Shown here: in pieces, positions 53,399-63,511 of the stretch
Layout of the letters: every line of letters begins with the position of its first letter
Position numbering within the stretch: the first letter of the stretch is position 1
Origin: an uncultured Ardenticatenaceae bacterium
Lineage (GTDB): Bacteria > Chloroflexota > Anaerolineae > Promineifilales > Promineifilaceae
Direction: 5' to 3'
Assembly: GCA_964410625.1 (NCBI GenBank)
Contig: CAYPHY010000009.1
Location: 48,992 to 112,991 of the forward strand
Length of the DNA: 64,000 bases
Position numbers and translations under genes: made by a program
Notes under the pieces: generated by a model
The model's database searches: none
What the model saw: only the letters and a program-made list of their open reading frames with translations
Told to the model about the DNA's origin: nothing

Positions 53399-54370
53399 AT
53401 GAAAATCGCAATGTTACGTGGCCCGCGCGATTTTGAACTGTTGGATCGGCCGATCCCCCAGCTTCAACCCGATGAGGTGTTGGTGCATGTGGCCGCTTGT
53501 GGGGTGTGTACCTCTGAGTTGGATATGTGGGAGGGGATCGCCGGAGATCAGGTTTTCCCCCGCTTTCCCGGTCATGAGGTTAGCGGGGTCGTGGAGGAGG
53601 TGGGCGCGGCCGTCAGCGAGTTTAAGCCGGGTGATCCCGTCGCTGTTTGGGTGACGGAGAACGGCTTTGCCGAATATGTGACGGTGAAAGCCGAATACTG
53701 TTTCCCCGCCGGAAACGTGCCGCTGGATGCGGCGTTGGCCGAGCCGTTGGCCTGTGCGGTGAACACCGTCGAACTGGCTAACATCTCGCTGGCTGATAAT
53801 GTGGTGATCATCGGCGCGGGATTTATGGGCAATCTGGTGCAAAAGCTGGTGGCGTTGCAAGGGCCGCAGCAACTGATTGTCGCCGATACGCGGCCGGAAG
53901 TGTTAGACCGCGCCTGCCAACTGGGGGCAACCAGGGTGGTCAATGTCCGCGAGGAGTCGCTGCCAGAGGTGGTGAAGGAGTTGACCAACGGCCAGGGGGC
54001 TGATGTTAGCTTTGAAATCACCGGTATCGAGGCCCCGCTGCAAATGCTGGGTGATGTGACGCGGATGAGTGGGAAGGTGGTGATTGTCGGCTACCATCAG
54101 GGCGGGATGCGCCAAATTCCCCTTGCCCATTGGAATTGGATGGCCTTTAACATCATCAACGCCCACTTCCGCGAGGTTTCCACCATTTTGCGTGGGATGC
54201 GGATTGGGATGAATCTGCTGACCAGCGGCCGTCTAGCCATTGATGATCTCGTCACCCACCGTTTTGCATTGGCCGAGATCGATCAAGCTTTCCGCACCGC
54301 CCATGACAAACCAGCCGGGTTTGTGAAGTCAACGGTGTTGATGGATGGATTGGATGGTTTGGGTGGCTGA
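53399..54370 (+). CDS. Zinc-dependent medium-chain alcohol/polyol dehydrogenase
   Basis: ACGVCTSELDMWEG, GHEVSGVVEEVG and the Rossmann motif VIIGAGFMGN. The ATG at 53399 follows AGGAGAGAAAAG. The longer track ORF runs through a repeat array. Confidence 0.88.
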   Translation: MKIAMLRGPRDFELLDRPIPQLQPDEVLVHVAACGVCTSELDMWEGIAGDQVFPRFPGHEVSGVVEEVGAAVSEFKPGDPVAVWVTENGFAEYVTVKAEYCFPAGNVPLDAALAEPLACAVNTVELANISLADNVVIIGAGFMGNLVQKLVALQGPQQLIVADTRPEVLDRACQLGATRVVNVREESLPEVVKELTNGQGADVSFEITGIEAPLQMLGDVTRMSGKVVIVGYHQGGMRQIPLAHWNWMAFNIINAHFREVSTILRGMRIGMNLLTSGRLAIDDLVTHRFALAEIDQAFRTAHDKPAGFVKSTVLMDGLDGLGG

Positions 54371-54435
54371 CACGGCCGCACGGCGTTGGCCGGTTTGAAC
54401 CGGCGTTGCCTGATAGCCCGGTGGTTTACCGCCGG

Positions 54436-57400
54436 ATGGCTTTAATAAACAGGATGACCAACATTTTAAATCAAGCAGAACCAACGACCGAAAACGGCCG
54501 CCAACAACCCCAACCCTGGCCCAAAGTGCCGCTTAGCCTCCACAATTTTCAACGGCCGCCGCGCGAATATGGCATCCTCCCCTTCTGGTTCCTCAATGGG
54601 GAATTGGAGCCGGAAGAGATGCGCTACCAGATTCGCGAATTTTACGAGAAGGGGATGAGTGGGATCATCCTGCACGGCCGCTTTGGGCTGGAACTCCCTT
54701 ACATTGGCGAGACCTACCTGGAGCGGATCAAGCTGGCGGTGGATGAGGCGCAGCGGATTGGTTTTCCCACCTGGGTCTATGACGAGATGAATTGGCCCAG
54801 CGGCACGGCCGATAAGCGCGTCCTCAAGAGCCGTCCCGACCTGGTGCAACGCTATATCGAGTGCATCAATTTCACCGTGCGCGGCCCCTGGTTCACCTAT
54901 CTGACCGGCGAAGATAGCCGCTATCTCGACTTTGAACGCTCGACGCCGCTGGCCGCCTTTGCCATCAGCCAGGAGGGGCAGGTGATTGACCTGACCCCCA
55001 ACCTCTCCTTCGGCGACGTGATCCCCTGGGAGGCCCCGGCCGGTAACTGGCGGCTGATCTACATGGTGGAAAAAACGGCCGACTACTACATTGACGCACT
55101 TAACCCGGAGTCGACGGCCGAATTTCTGCGCCTGGGGTATGAGCCTTACCGCGACATCCTCGATGGGCAGATGTCTACGCAAATGCTCGGCTTCTATACC
55201 GATGAACCGGCGATGCACTACTATCTAACGGGCGGCGACAATCCGATCATCCCCTGGACAAAGGATATGTTTCGCCGCTTCCAGGGGCGCAACGGGTATA
55301 ATTTGCGGCCGTTTCTGCCTGACCTCTTCTTCGACATCCGCCCGGAAAGCGCTCGCGTGCGCTTCGATTTCTACAACTCGCTGACTGACTTTTACAGCGA
55401 CGCCTATTACCGCCAGATTCATGAGTGGTGTCGCGAGCACAATGTGCTGTTCACCGGCCACTTGCTTTATGAGGAGTGGTTGCGGCCGCTCGTTCGCGTC
55501 GAGGGTAATCTCTTCCGCCACTATGAACACTTCGATGTGATCGGCGTAGACCATCTCTACCCGATCATCGGCAACCGCGACCGCCCGGCCGAACATGTGG
55601 CGATGAAGGTCGGCAGTTCGGCCGCCCACCAGCTGGGCAGCGAACGGCTGTTGTGCGAATCCTTCGGCGGCATCTTCATGGATGCGACGATGCAACGGAT
55701 GAAGTGGATCACCGATTGGGAGTATGTCCTCGGCGTCAACCTGCTCAACCCGCATGGCTACCACTACACGCTCGAAGGGCCACGCAAGCGTGATTGGCCC
55801 CCTTCGATGTTTTACCAATACCCCTGGTGGCGTTACTTTAACGAGTTTTCCAACTATGTCAGTCGCCTCAGCCATTTGCTCAGCGGCGGCCGTCATGTGG
55901 CAAAGGTGGCTGTCCTCTGGCCGATGCAGGCGATGTTTGCCAACTATACGCCGCAAAGCCACAACCAACCTGGCGACCGAATTGAGCAGGACTTCAACAC
56001 GCTGACCGACCTGCTTTTGCGGCTGCATTATGACTTCGACTATCTGGATGAAGATTTTTTGGCACAGGCAGAGATCAGGGACGGCCGCATCCACATTCGC
56101 GACGAGGCGTATGAGCTACTTGTCTTGCCGCCGCTGACGCACATCAAAATAAGCACATTGGAACGCCTGGAGCAGTTCGCGGGGCAGGGCGGCCGTTTGC
56201 TGGCGACCGTCTTTCTGCCCGACCGCGCCTTTGCGGCCGAGAGCGGGCCGGAGGCAACGATAGACATTTCCGAGCGCATTAAAAAGCTCTTTGGCGTCAA
56301 TCCGGCGGAGTCACAGCAGAATTTCCAGCAGCAATACGACCTGAAGGTGTTGTGGCAGGGGGACAATGCTGCCTTTGTTCGCAGCTACGCGCTGGCTCGC
56401 CAACTGCCGATGCGTTGGCAACAGCGGTTGGGGCAACCGGGCCGCACCGAGAGCTTTGCTTTTACCATCGAATCAGGCCAGGAAGGCAGCCAGGCCAGCC
56501 GCTACTTCGTCACCCTCCCTGGTAACGAACGGGAGGAGATCACTGAGGAAGTAAACCGCGAACGGCAAGCGGTCGCTGATGCGCTGCAATCAGCGTTGAA
56601 CGGCTTACTTGAGCCGGATGTCACGATTAGCCAGCCCGACATCTTTTACCTGCACCGGGTGAAGGACGGGCAGGATATTTACTTCTTCGTCAATCCCACC
56701 TTTGGCGAGCTGTCGGCCGAGGTCTCGATCAGCGGCGATGTTCAGCCGATGCTGTGGGACCCTTCGATGGGCGACGAACGGCCGCTGGTTCCCTCAAGCG
56801 TGCAGGACGGCCGCACCCGCTTCTCGCTCCACTTCCCACCAACCGGCTCGGCCTTTGTCTTGCCACAGGCGGGGAACGGCCGTCGCATCATCGAAACGAA
56901 TTTGCGCTTTGATGCTTTAGGCGATGGAGCGCTGACGGGATACGGCCGTGTTGAGGAAGGGTTTGTGGTCGTCGAGCAAGCTGGCAAACGGATGCGGGAA
57001 AGCGTTCGGGGGCAGTCGCCTGTTGAACCGCTACTGCTAGATGGTGAATGGGAATTTGAGGCGGAGAACGACAACGCGCTGGTGATTGGCAACTGGTTGG
57101 CAGCGCAGGAACGGCCGGGGACGGACTGGCAGGCGTATGCACTACCTGACGTGGACACAGCCGATTGGCTGCCGATGGTCCCCGGAGCATGGTCTTACCA
57201 GCTTCCGGCCGAACCCGATGTCCCTTATCCGATCCCCGTCTGGTATCGCATTCACCTGCCGCTAGATTATCTGCCGCCGAATATGCAGCTTATTGTGGAT
57301 GGCTTTGCCGGTTCGGAGTGGCAACTGTATGTCAACGGCGAGGCTGTTACCTCTCCCCCACAGCGTAGCACGTTTGACAGCCAGATGAAAGCGGTTGACA

Positions 57401-57909
57401 TCACACCCTATGTGCGTCAGGGTGACAATCTCATCGCGTTGCGACTGGTTGTCACCAATTCGACGGATGGACTGCTTGATCTGCTGAAGATCATGGGCGA
57501 CTTTAGCCTGATTCCCAAGGGGGACGGCACGTATCAAGTGGGGCTGCCGCGTACCACGATGCAGCCCTGCTCCTGGGCGGAGCAAGGGTATCCCTTTTAT
57601 TCCGGTTCGGCCGTCTATCGCCGACGCTTTCAACTACCCGCCTCATTCGCCGGACAGCGAGTCTTCTTACAGGCTCCGGTGCGGGATGATGTGTTGGAAG
57701 TGGTGGTCAATGGGCAGCCGGCGGCTGTGCGCCTCTGGCCGGAGTACGAAGTGGAAATCACCGACCAGCTACAACCCGGCGAAAACCTGTTGGAACTGCG
57801 GCTGACGAATACGTTAGTCAATTTGTTGGAAGGGGTGGAACGGCCGTCGGGTCTGTCGGCCGCGCCTTCACTAGTACCTTACCAACTATATATTTTCACA
57901 CCCTCGTAA
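54436..57909 (+). CDS. Large putative glycoside hydrolase (TIM-barrel-like N-terminal domain plus galactose-binding-like C-terminal domains)
   Basis: An ORF of about 1150 aa. YGILPFWFLNGELEPEEMRYQIREFYEKGMSGIILHGRFGL...WVYDEMNWPSG resembles rhamnosidase/GH-type barrels. The C-terminal domains resemble GH2-type sugar-binding jelly rolls. The family is not assignable by eye, and the start is uncertain (54406, 54436 or 54454). Confidence 0.6.
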   Translation: MALINRMTNILNQAEPTTENGRQQPQPWPKVPLSLHNFQRPPREYGILPFWFLNGELEPEEMRYQIREFYEKGMSGIILHGRFGLELPYIGETYLERIKLAVDEAQRIGFPTWVYDEMNWPSGTADKRVLKSRPDLVQRYIECINFTVRGPWFTYLTGEDSRYLDFERSTPLAAFAISQEGQVIDLTPNLSFGDVIPWEAPAGNWRLIYMVEKTADYYIDALNPESTAEFLRLGYEPYRDILDGQMSTQMLGFYTDEPAMHYYLTGGDNPIIPWTKDMFRRFQGRNGYNLRPFLPDLFFDIRPESARVRFDFYNSLTDFYSDAYYRQIHEWCREHNVLFTGHLLYEEWLRPLVRVEGNLFRHYEHFDVIGVDHLYPIIGNRDRPAEHVAMKVGSSAAHQLGSERLLCESFGGIFMDATMQRMKWITDWEYVLGVNLLNPHGYHYTLEGPRKRDWPPSMFYQYPWWRYFNEFSNYVSRLSHLLSGGRHVAKVAVLWPMQAMFANYTPQSHNQPGDRIEQDFNTLTDLLLRLHYDFDYLDEDFLAQAEIRDGRIHIRDEAYELLVLPPLTHIKISTLERLEQFAGQGGRLLATVFLPDRAFAAESGPEATIDISERIKKLFGVNPAESQQNFQQQYDLKVLWQGDNAAFVRSYALARQLPMRWQQRLGQPGRTESFAFTIESGQEGSQASRYFVTLPGNEREEITEEVNRERQAVADALQSALNGLLEPDVTISQPDIFYLHRVKDGQDIYFFVNPTFGELSAEVSISGDVQPMLWDPSMGDERPLVPSSVQDGRTRFSLHFPPTGSAFVLPQAGNGRRIIETNLRFDALGDGALTGYGRVEEGFVVVEQAGKRMRESVRGQSPVEPLLLDGEWEFEAENDNALVIGNWLAAQERPGTDWQAYALPDVDTADWLPMVPGAWSYQLPAEPDVPYPIPVWYRIHLPLDYLPPNMQLIVDGFAGSEWQLYVNGEAVTSPPQRSTFDSQMKAVDITPYVRQGDNLIALRLVVTNSTDGLLDLLKIMGDFSLIPKGDGTYQVGLPRTTMQPCSWAEQGYPFYSGSAVYRRRFQLPASFAGQRVFLQAPVRDDVLEVVVNGQPAAVRLWPEYEVEITDQLQPGENLLELRLTNTLVNLLEGVERPSGLSAAPSLVPYQLYIFTPS

Positions 57910-57927
57910 TAGAGTGCAGCATTTTTA

Positions 57928-58359
57928 TCAATCGCTGGTTTGATTTTCCAGTATCTTGAGGAACTCTCTTGGCGTTATGATTGAAATGTTTTCAAAGGGT
58001 GAGAGGACTAACAAGTCTACATCATTGCTAACGATGAAACTGGCTTTGCCACTGACCGCAGCCTCAAGAAATTTGTTGTCATCGGCATCGCGGCACACAG
58101 TGATCTGGCGCGTTGGTTCTATCCTCTCCCCACATAGACGAAGCGTGTGCAGGAACAGATGGCGATAATGCTCTGTCAGATGATATTTTTCTCGCAAATG
58201 GGGCCGGTTCAAAACGGCAACAAGTTCTTCTATTGCCTGGGTGCTATAAAGCAGCGTGAATGCACGGGCACGCATATACGACAGAATATGGCCAGCTTGG
58301 CCATAGGGTTTGGTGGCCGCGCTCACCGGTGCATTCGTATCAATAACGGCTCGAACCAC
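57928..58359 (-). CDS. PIN-domain toxin (VapC-like)
   Basis: MVRAVIDTNA (first acidic residue), ...DADDNKFLEAAVSGKASFIVSNDVDLL. Low GC and no CGGCCG. Confidence 0.8.
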   Translation of the reverse strand: MVRAVIDTNAPVSAATKPYGQAGHILSYMRARAFTLLYSTQAIEELVAVLNRPHLREKYHLTEHYRHLFLHTLRLCGERIEPTRQITVCRDADDNKFLEAAVSGKASFIVSNDVDLLVLSPFENISIITPREFLKILENQTSD

Positions 58360-58636
58360 GGCGTGTCTCAGCTATTGCCGTTGCTATGTCGGCTTCGACT
58401 TCAGTATCGGAATAAACAGCGTTTTGCTCATCTACTTGAGCAATTAGACGCTCAAACTCGGTCAACCATTCATCATCTTCTAGTTCCAACATGCGTTGGT
58501 ACACCTTATAAGGAATTAGCACTGCTTCCGGCTGGTTGTCGCGAGTTAAAACATAAGGGATAGTCTCTTGTGTGACCTCATTAAGAACAGACTTGAAGCG
58601 TTGCCGTAGTTCTTTCAGGCCAATGACTTTTTGCAT
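58340..58636 (-). CDS. Phd/YefM-type antitoxin
   Basis: MQKVIGLKELRQRFKSVLNEVTQETIPYVLTRDNQPEAVLIPYKVYQRM. The ATG at 58636 lies about 8 nt after GGGAGA. It overlaps the toxin gene by 20 nt. Confidence 0.75.
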   Translation of the reverse strand: MQKVIGLKELRQRFKSVLNEVTQETIPYVLTRDNQPEAVLIPYKVYQRMLELEDDEWLTEFERLIAQVDEQNAVYSDTEVEADIATAIAETRRGSSRY

Positions 58637-58778
58637 AAGCATCTCCCGATTCTGTTTTGATAGCACTTGTATTGTACCTCACATTGTGAAAGTGCGTATG
58701 GGTCTATGGATAGATAGCGGGCGAGTCTTTCTGGCTAGGCTACGAATTTGTCATAGATGTTTATCTGCCATCGCTGTG

Positions 58779-59675
58779 TTATATCATATATCCCCCGTTA
58801 GGTTGGTAAGCTCGGAAATAATCAATGACGAATCGTTGTGGATAGGAAAGAGTGTGCTGAATGGTATCGGCCGCCAAGGGGCGTTCGAAGATGTCTAGCA
58901 TGAACACCATTGGATAGTGAGGAGATTGCTGGATGGTCGTGATTTTGATGTTATCAACGTAGTAATCAATATGGGTAGGCGTCCATTCGGCCGCGTAAAT
59001 GTGGTACTGCGTTGCATCCATGTTCAATACCGGCTCATACCATTCATCGCGAATGGCGGGATCGCTCCAGGGGTGTACGCCGTGACCTATTTTTGAGCCG
59101 CTGGGGCCGACGTCTTTGCCAAAGATTTCACAGATGCAGATTTCGGCCGAATGCTCCGCTATCTCTTCATACCCAATCATCCACAGGGCGACATGATTGG
59201 CAATCCCTTCTGTTGCTTTGGCCCGCATTTCAAAGTAACCGTACTGCGGCGTATAGAGTTGGACGTTTGGCTGTGCTTCGCGCACCACACAGTCAGGATG
59301 AAAGCGGAGGAGACCGGCTTTGCTGCCCAACGGACCGGCAAATTCGCCCGTTTGAATAGAGGAGGCTTTGATCGCTCCATCAAATTCAGAACACCACGGT
59401 TGTTGATCGGCCGTAATTTGCAGGACCAGGTTGCCCTGCTCAAAGTAATAGTTAGCGGCCGATTGCGCCCTTGAACTCCAATGAGGTAGATAAAATGGCA
59501 GCCACTTATTCGTATCCAACAGTGGCCCATCAAATTCATCGTGGAATTCGAGCGTATACCCCGCTTTTTCCAAAGGGTTGGGTGGGCAATCACCGGTAGC
59601 AAAATCGCCGGAGAGTGGTTGAACAAGCATGACAGCCTCCATGAATTTAGGAAGTAGAGAACGCCATTTTAGCAA
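58779..59675 (-). CDS. GH16-like concanavalin-fold protein with a variant catalytic motif
   Basis: HVALWMIGYEE...SAEICICEIFGK aligns with the GH16 WPAFWMLG ... E-[ILV]-D-[IV]-x-E-xx-G pattern, but Cys replaces the central Asp. The start is uncertain. Confidence 0.6.
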   Translation of the reverse strand: MLKWRSLLPKFMEAVMLVQPLSGDFATGDCPPNPLEKAGYTLEFHDEFDGPLLDTNKWLPFYLPHWSSRAQSAANYYFEQGNLVLQITADQQPWCSEFDGAIKASSIQTGEFAGPLGSKAGLLRFHPDCVVREAQPNVQLYTPQYGYFEMRAKATEGIANHVALWMIGYEEIAEHSAEICICEIFGKDVGPSGSKIGHGVHPWSDPAIRDEWYEPVLNMDATQYHIYAAEWTPTHIDYYVDNIKITTIQQSPHYPMVFMLDIFERPLAADTIQHTLSYPQRFVIDYFRAYQPNGGYMI

Positions 59676-59693
59676 AGTTAGAGGGAAAGAAGG

Positions 59694-60188
59694 ATGAAAT
59701 TACCGATTCGCGAACTGAGCGCGGCCGCCTTTGCGCCCTATGGTCAAGTGATCGAAATGCCTGAGCGTTCCCAGGATGCTGCTGGCCCTGGCTGGAGATG
59801 GTGGGGCGAGACGGTGTTGTTGGAAGGGGATGAACGGCCGTATGGCATTGGCTATCTTGATCTACAACCGGCCGACTTGCGCTTCGATTGGGCGGAACGC
59901 CACATGCGCTCGATGGAACTGCTCATCCCCGCGGGCGGCGATTGTCTCGTCTATGTTGGCCCACCGGATCACCCGGAGCAACCAGAGCAGATGCCACCGC
60001 TGGAACGGTTTGAAGTGTTTCGAGTGCGAAAGGGACAGGGGGTATTGCTGGGCCGTGGCGTCTGGCACGGTGCGCCGTTGGCGTTGGACCGGCCGCTAAA
60101 CGTCATCGTTCTCCTCCATCAAAACACCGGCGGGGAGGATACGGCCGTTGTCCGTTTTCCTGATTCACCGGTCAGCATTCACCCTTAA
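59694..60188 (+). CDS. Ureidoglycolate-lyase-like cupin protein
   Basis: 164 aa. The N-terminus LSAAAFAPYGQVIE and the overall pattern resemble the ureidoglycolate hydrolase/lyase fold. Moderate confidence. Confidence 0.5.
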   Translation: MKLPIRELSAAAFAPYGQVIEMPERSQDAAGPGWRWWGETVLLEGDERPYGIGYLDLQPADLRFDWAERHMRSMELLIPAGGDCLVYVGPPDHPEQPEQMPPLERFEVFRVRKGQGVLLGRGVWHGAPLALDRPLNVIVLLHQNTGGEDTAVVRFPDSPVSIHP

Positions 60189-60396
60189 GTAAAATGCGGA
60201 AAGTTTCTTGAGAACAGAAACCGGGTTTCTTAGCTTTTACTAGACAGCATCGTTTGCTCGATAGAAACCCGGTTTCTAAGCGAACTTTCCGACACACACT
60301 TAGTGCATAAATGACATCTGTCAGTTGAAAGCAGGCTAATAGTCGTACCATTTTTGCCCGGAACTCGATTATACTGAAAACGTTAACTTAGGATTT

Positions 60397-60485
60397 ACAC
60401 GTTGAACACGAATTGGCGCAAATGACACGAATTTTAGATTCTATTTTCGTAAATTTGCACTCAAAAATTATGCCATTCGTGTTGA
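60397..60485. repeat. CACGAAT-family degenerate element
   Basis: acacgttgaacacgaattggcgcaaatgacacgaatttt ... ttttcgtaaatttgcactcaaaaattatgccattcgtgttg. Confidence 0.6.
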
Positions 60486-60508
60486 GTATATAGAAGGAGT
60501 AAAACGTA

Positions 60509-61258
60509 ATGGCTAACGTTGAAGGAAAAGTAGCAATTGTCACTGGCGCGAGTTCGGGCATCGGCCGTTCTTGTGCGCTGGTGTTGGCGGAGCGTGGGGC
60601 AAAAGTGGTTGTCTCTGATGTGAGTGTTTCCGGCGGTGAGGAAACTGTCAATTTAATCACTCAGGCCGGTGGTGACGCGATCTTTGTCCGCGCCGATGTC
60701 AGCTCGGCCGAGGATGTGGAAGCGTTAGTAAACCGGACGGTTGAGCAGTACGGCCGCCTGGACATCGCTGTCAACAACGCCGGGATCGGTGGCGAAGCGG
60801 CGCCGACTGGTGAGTACACCGTAGAAGGGTGGCGGCGAGTGATTGATATCAACCTGATCGGCGCCTTTCTCTGTATGCACTACCAGATTCCGCGCATGTT
60901 GGAGAGTGGCGGTGGGGCTATCGTCAATATGGCTTCTATTTTGGGTTCGGTTGGTTTCCCCGGCTCCTCCGCTTATGTTGCCGCCAAACATGGGTTGTTG
61001 GGGCTGACCAAATCGGCCGCGCTGGAGTATGCCACGTCTGGCATTCGCATCAACTCCGTCGGCCCAGCCTTCATTTACACACCGCTGATCGCTGAGATGG
61101 GGGAAGAGGGGCATAACATGCTCATCCAGGCGCATCCTATCGGCCGTTTGGGTGAACCGGAAGAGGTCGCTTATCTGGTGGCCTGGCTTTGCTCGGATGA
61201 AGCCTCTTTTGTGACCGGCAGCTATTATCTGGTGGATGGCGGTTACACGGCACAGTAG
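60509..61258 (+). CDS. Short-chain dehydrogenase/reductase (classical SDR)
   Basis: TGASSGIGRS cofactor motif, NNAG, and the catalytic S...YVAAK. Confidence 0.92.
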   Translation: MANVEGKVAIVTGASSGIGRSCALVLAERGAKVVVSDVSVSGGEETVNLITQAGGDAIFVRADVSSAEDVEALVNRTVEQYGRLDIAVNNAGIGGEAAPTGEYTVEGWRRVIDINLIGAFLCMHYQIPRMLESGGGAIVNMASILGSVGFPGSSAYVAAKHGLLGLTKSAALEYATSGIRINSVGPAFIYTPLIAEMGEEGHNMLIQAHPIGRLGEPEEVAYLVAWLCSDEASFVTGSYYLVDGGYTAQ

Positions 61259-61280
61259 TGACTGTCCTTTATGAATATAA

Positions 61281-61348
61281 AGCTCACGCAAGGGCGCAAA
61301 GGTCGCTAAGTTTTTTAAGCTTTGCGCCTTAGCGTTCTTTGCGTGAGC
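61281..61348. repeat. GCGCAAAG-family inverted-repeat element (copy 3 of 3)
   Basis: AGCTCACGCAAGGGCGCAAAGGTCGCTAAGttttttAAGCTTTGCGCCTTAGCGTTCTTTGCGTGAGC. Confidence 0.9.
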
Positions 61349-61371
61349 CAGTCTCAAAGGAGAATTTAGCT

Positions 61372-62775
61372 ATGCCTGTTGTGGATCGTCGTGAATTCGG
61401 CGGCCGTTTTGCCGTCAAGGAAAACTCGCGCCGTCTGGCAAACTATCGTTATCTGGAAATCCAACTGATGGAGATGATCGCCGGGTGGTGCCACACCACG
61501 CCGCAAATCGCCTTCAAGGCTACCTTTGGTTACCACGTCTACGATCACGCGCAGGCGGCCGATATGCTGGGTGAACGGCAAGAACAACTGCGCTCGGCAC
61601 GCGAACGCCAGGAACCGCCGACAGACGAATTTGCCAAGCTCTGCGAGCGCGTTTGGCATCTAAATTCAACGGTTGAGCGTTTAGTGGCTGTCTATCGCGT
61701 TCTCGAACCCCATCTGGTCAGTACCTATGTCTACCACGCCGACGCCACCGACCCGCTGGCCGATACGCCGACGGTGCGGATGTTGCGCCATCTGGCGGGG
61801 ATGGGCCAATCCCATCTGGCCTGGGGGCAGGCGATTTTGGAGGGGTTGACCCGCGAACCGGAAGCGCGGCGGCTGGCGCTGGATGTGCAGGCGGAGTTGG
61901 AAGCTGACCTGGTGGCCTGTGGCGGCGTAACCGGGCAGGGGATTGAGTCGCATTGGCTGGCTTTTCATAGCACACGGGCGGCCGATAAACCCAGCACACG
62001 GCCGCGACGGTGCGACTATCGCTTTGTCAAGCAATGCCCGCCGCTAGAGCATTCCATTGTCGAAGCCCCCTTCTGGTTCTCCGGCAACCCGGATGACTTT
62101 AGTAACGCCTATACCTCAGAAGATGAATGGTCACGCGAAGGCTACCGGCATAAGTTCCACCAACTGCTCTATGGCGAAGTAGAGACAACCGACCGGATGG
62201 GGAAGATGATCGCCGAATTTCCCGACCTGCCTTGGGAGATGCGGATGGAACTGGCGAACCAGATGTGGGACGAGGCGCGGCACATTGAGATCGTCGCCAA
62301 AGCGTGCGAGGAGGAGTTGGGGGCAGAGCTTGGCTATGGCCCCTGGCCGCTGGCCTGGTGGTGGATGCAGAACGAAAGCGATCCGTTGCGCCGTATCTCC
62401 GTCACCAATAGTTGGTCGGAAGCGAATTTGATGAGTACGCTGCGCCAGTGGCGCGAACATGCTGAAGAGCGCGGCTACAACCGGCTGGCCGAGCTATGCG
62501 ACTACCTCCAGGCGGACGAGTCCAATCACGTCAAGCTGGCGACGCGCTGGATACCGGCTTTGCTGAAGGATGAGCCGGAACGGATGAATGATTTGCTGGA
62601 GTGGAGCCGCGCGGCCGTTGCTCGCATCGAAGGCTTTTACGGTTCGGCCTATGGCGGCAATGGTCAGGAGAACGGCGCAGTCCAGCGCAAAGAACCGCGC
62701 TTTACCTTTGTGCGCGGCCGAGGGGAGGAGTCTCAATCTGACCGCTCCGAATTTAGCTATATCATTGGAGAATAA
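61372..62775 (+). CDS. Ferritin-like di-iron protein (DUF455-like), double length
   Basis: 467 aa from the ATG at 61372, after AAGGAG. E..H motifs WDEARHIEIV and ADESNHVKL lie in the C-terminal half. The N-terminal half is helical and looks like a degenerate duplicate. Confidence 0.6.
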   Translation: MPVVDRREFGGRFAVKENSRRLANYRYLEIQLMEMIAGWCHTTPQIAFKATFGYHVYDHAQAADMLGERQEQLRSARERQEPPTDEFAKLCERVWHLNSTVERLVAVYRVLEPHLVSTYVYHADATDPLADTPTVRMLRHLAGMGQSHLAWGQAILEGLTREPEARRLALDVQAELEADLVACGGVTGQGIESHWLAFHSTRAADKPSTRPRRCDYRFVKQCPPLEHSIVEAPFWFSGNPDDFSNAYTSEDEWSREGYRHKFHQLLYGEVETTDRMGKMIAEFPDLPWEMRMELANQMWDEARHIEIVAKACEEELGAELGYGPWPLAWWWMQNESDPLRRISVTNSWSEANLMSTLRQWREHAEERGYNRLAELCDYLQADESNHVKLATRWIPALLKDEPERMNDLLEWSRAAVARIEGFYGSAYGGNGQENGAVQRKEPRFTFVRGRGEESQSDRSEFSYIIGE

Positions 62776-62792
62776 AATTCATTTTAGTCCCT

Positions 62793-63491
62793 ATGTCTAA
62801 AGAAAGAATATTAGTACGTATAACACTTGTTGTGGCTGCGCTATTTGCTATTTCTGCAATCGTTGGTGCTGTTTTATCGTCTGGTTTCGCTTCAGCCGAA
62901 ACCTGGGCAGTGATTGCAGCTGCGTTAGCTGTAATTACTTCTACTATTTCGTCTTGGCCTGCCCAACGTGCCCTTGAGCTTCAGCAAGATCAACAGCTTC
63001 CATATCCTTATCCAACACTTGATATTAGGAGTAGGTATGGCTTAATGATGTTGCGGGTTACAAATTACGGCGAAAGTGTAGCCGTGGACATAAGGCTACG
63101 ATGGAACCGACCATTACTGAATGAAAAAGGTGAGTTAGTCCGCTTTACAGACCAAGAAGAAGCACCAGATATTCCGGCACTTCCACCAAATGAGAGTGTT
63201 GCAATTCTGATCGGAAGACCATTTATTCTCTTTGAAAAATACGAGGATATGAGCTATTCCGGTGAGGTTGAATTCAAAGACGCTTCTGGAAACAAAAGGA
63301 AGCATGCTTTTTATCTAAGTGCAGAGGCTTGGAGAAAATCACCAACTCATGACGAAGAGGAGTTAAAAACACACTACCAAATTCAAAAAATACCGGACGA
63401 GATAGGACGACTTCGGCGCGAACTAGAGTATATAAAATTCGCTCTTGGGGATTTGCAACCACAAGAACCAGACAGCGAAGAAACGGGTTAG
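62793..63491 (+). CDS. Hypothetical membrane protein (two N-terminal TM helices plus a soluble domain), low GC
   Basis: 232-aa ORF. It is markedly AT-richer than its neighbours and has no CGGCCG. No motif recognised. Confidence 0.5.
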   Translation: MSKERILVRITLVVAALFAISAIVGAVLSSGFASAETWAVIAAALAVITSTISSWPAQRALELQQDQQLPYPYPTLDIRSRYGLMMLRVTNYGESVAVDIRLRWNRPLLNEKGELVRFTDQEEAPDIPALPPNESVAILIGRPFILFEKYEDMSYSGEVEFKDASGNKRKHAFYLSAEAWRKSPTHDEEELKTHYQIQKIPDEIGRLRRELEYIKFALGDLQPQEPDSEETG

Positions 63492-63511
63492 ATTTGGCTA
63501 ATGGAGAATAA

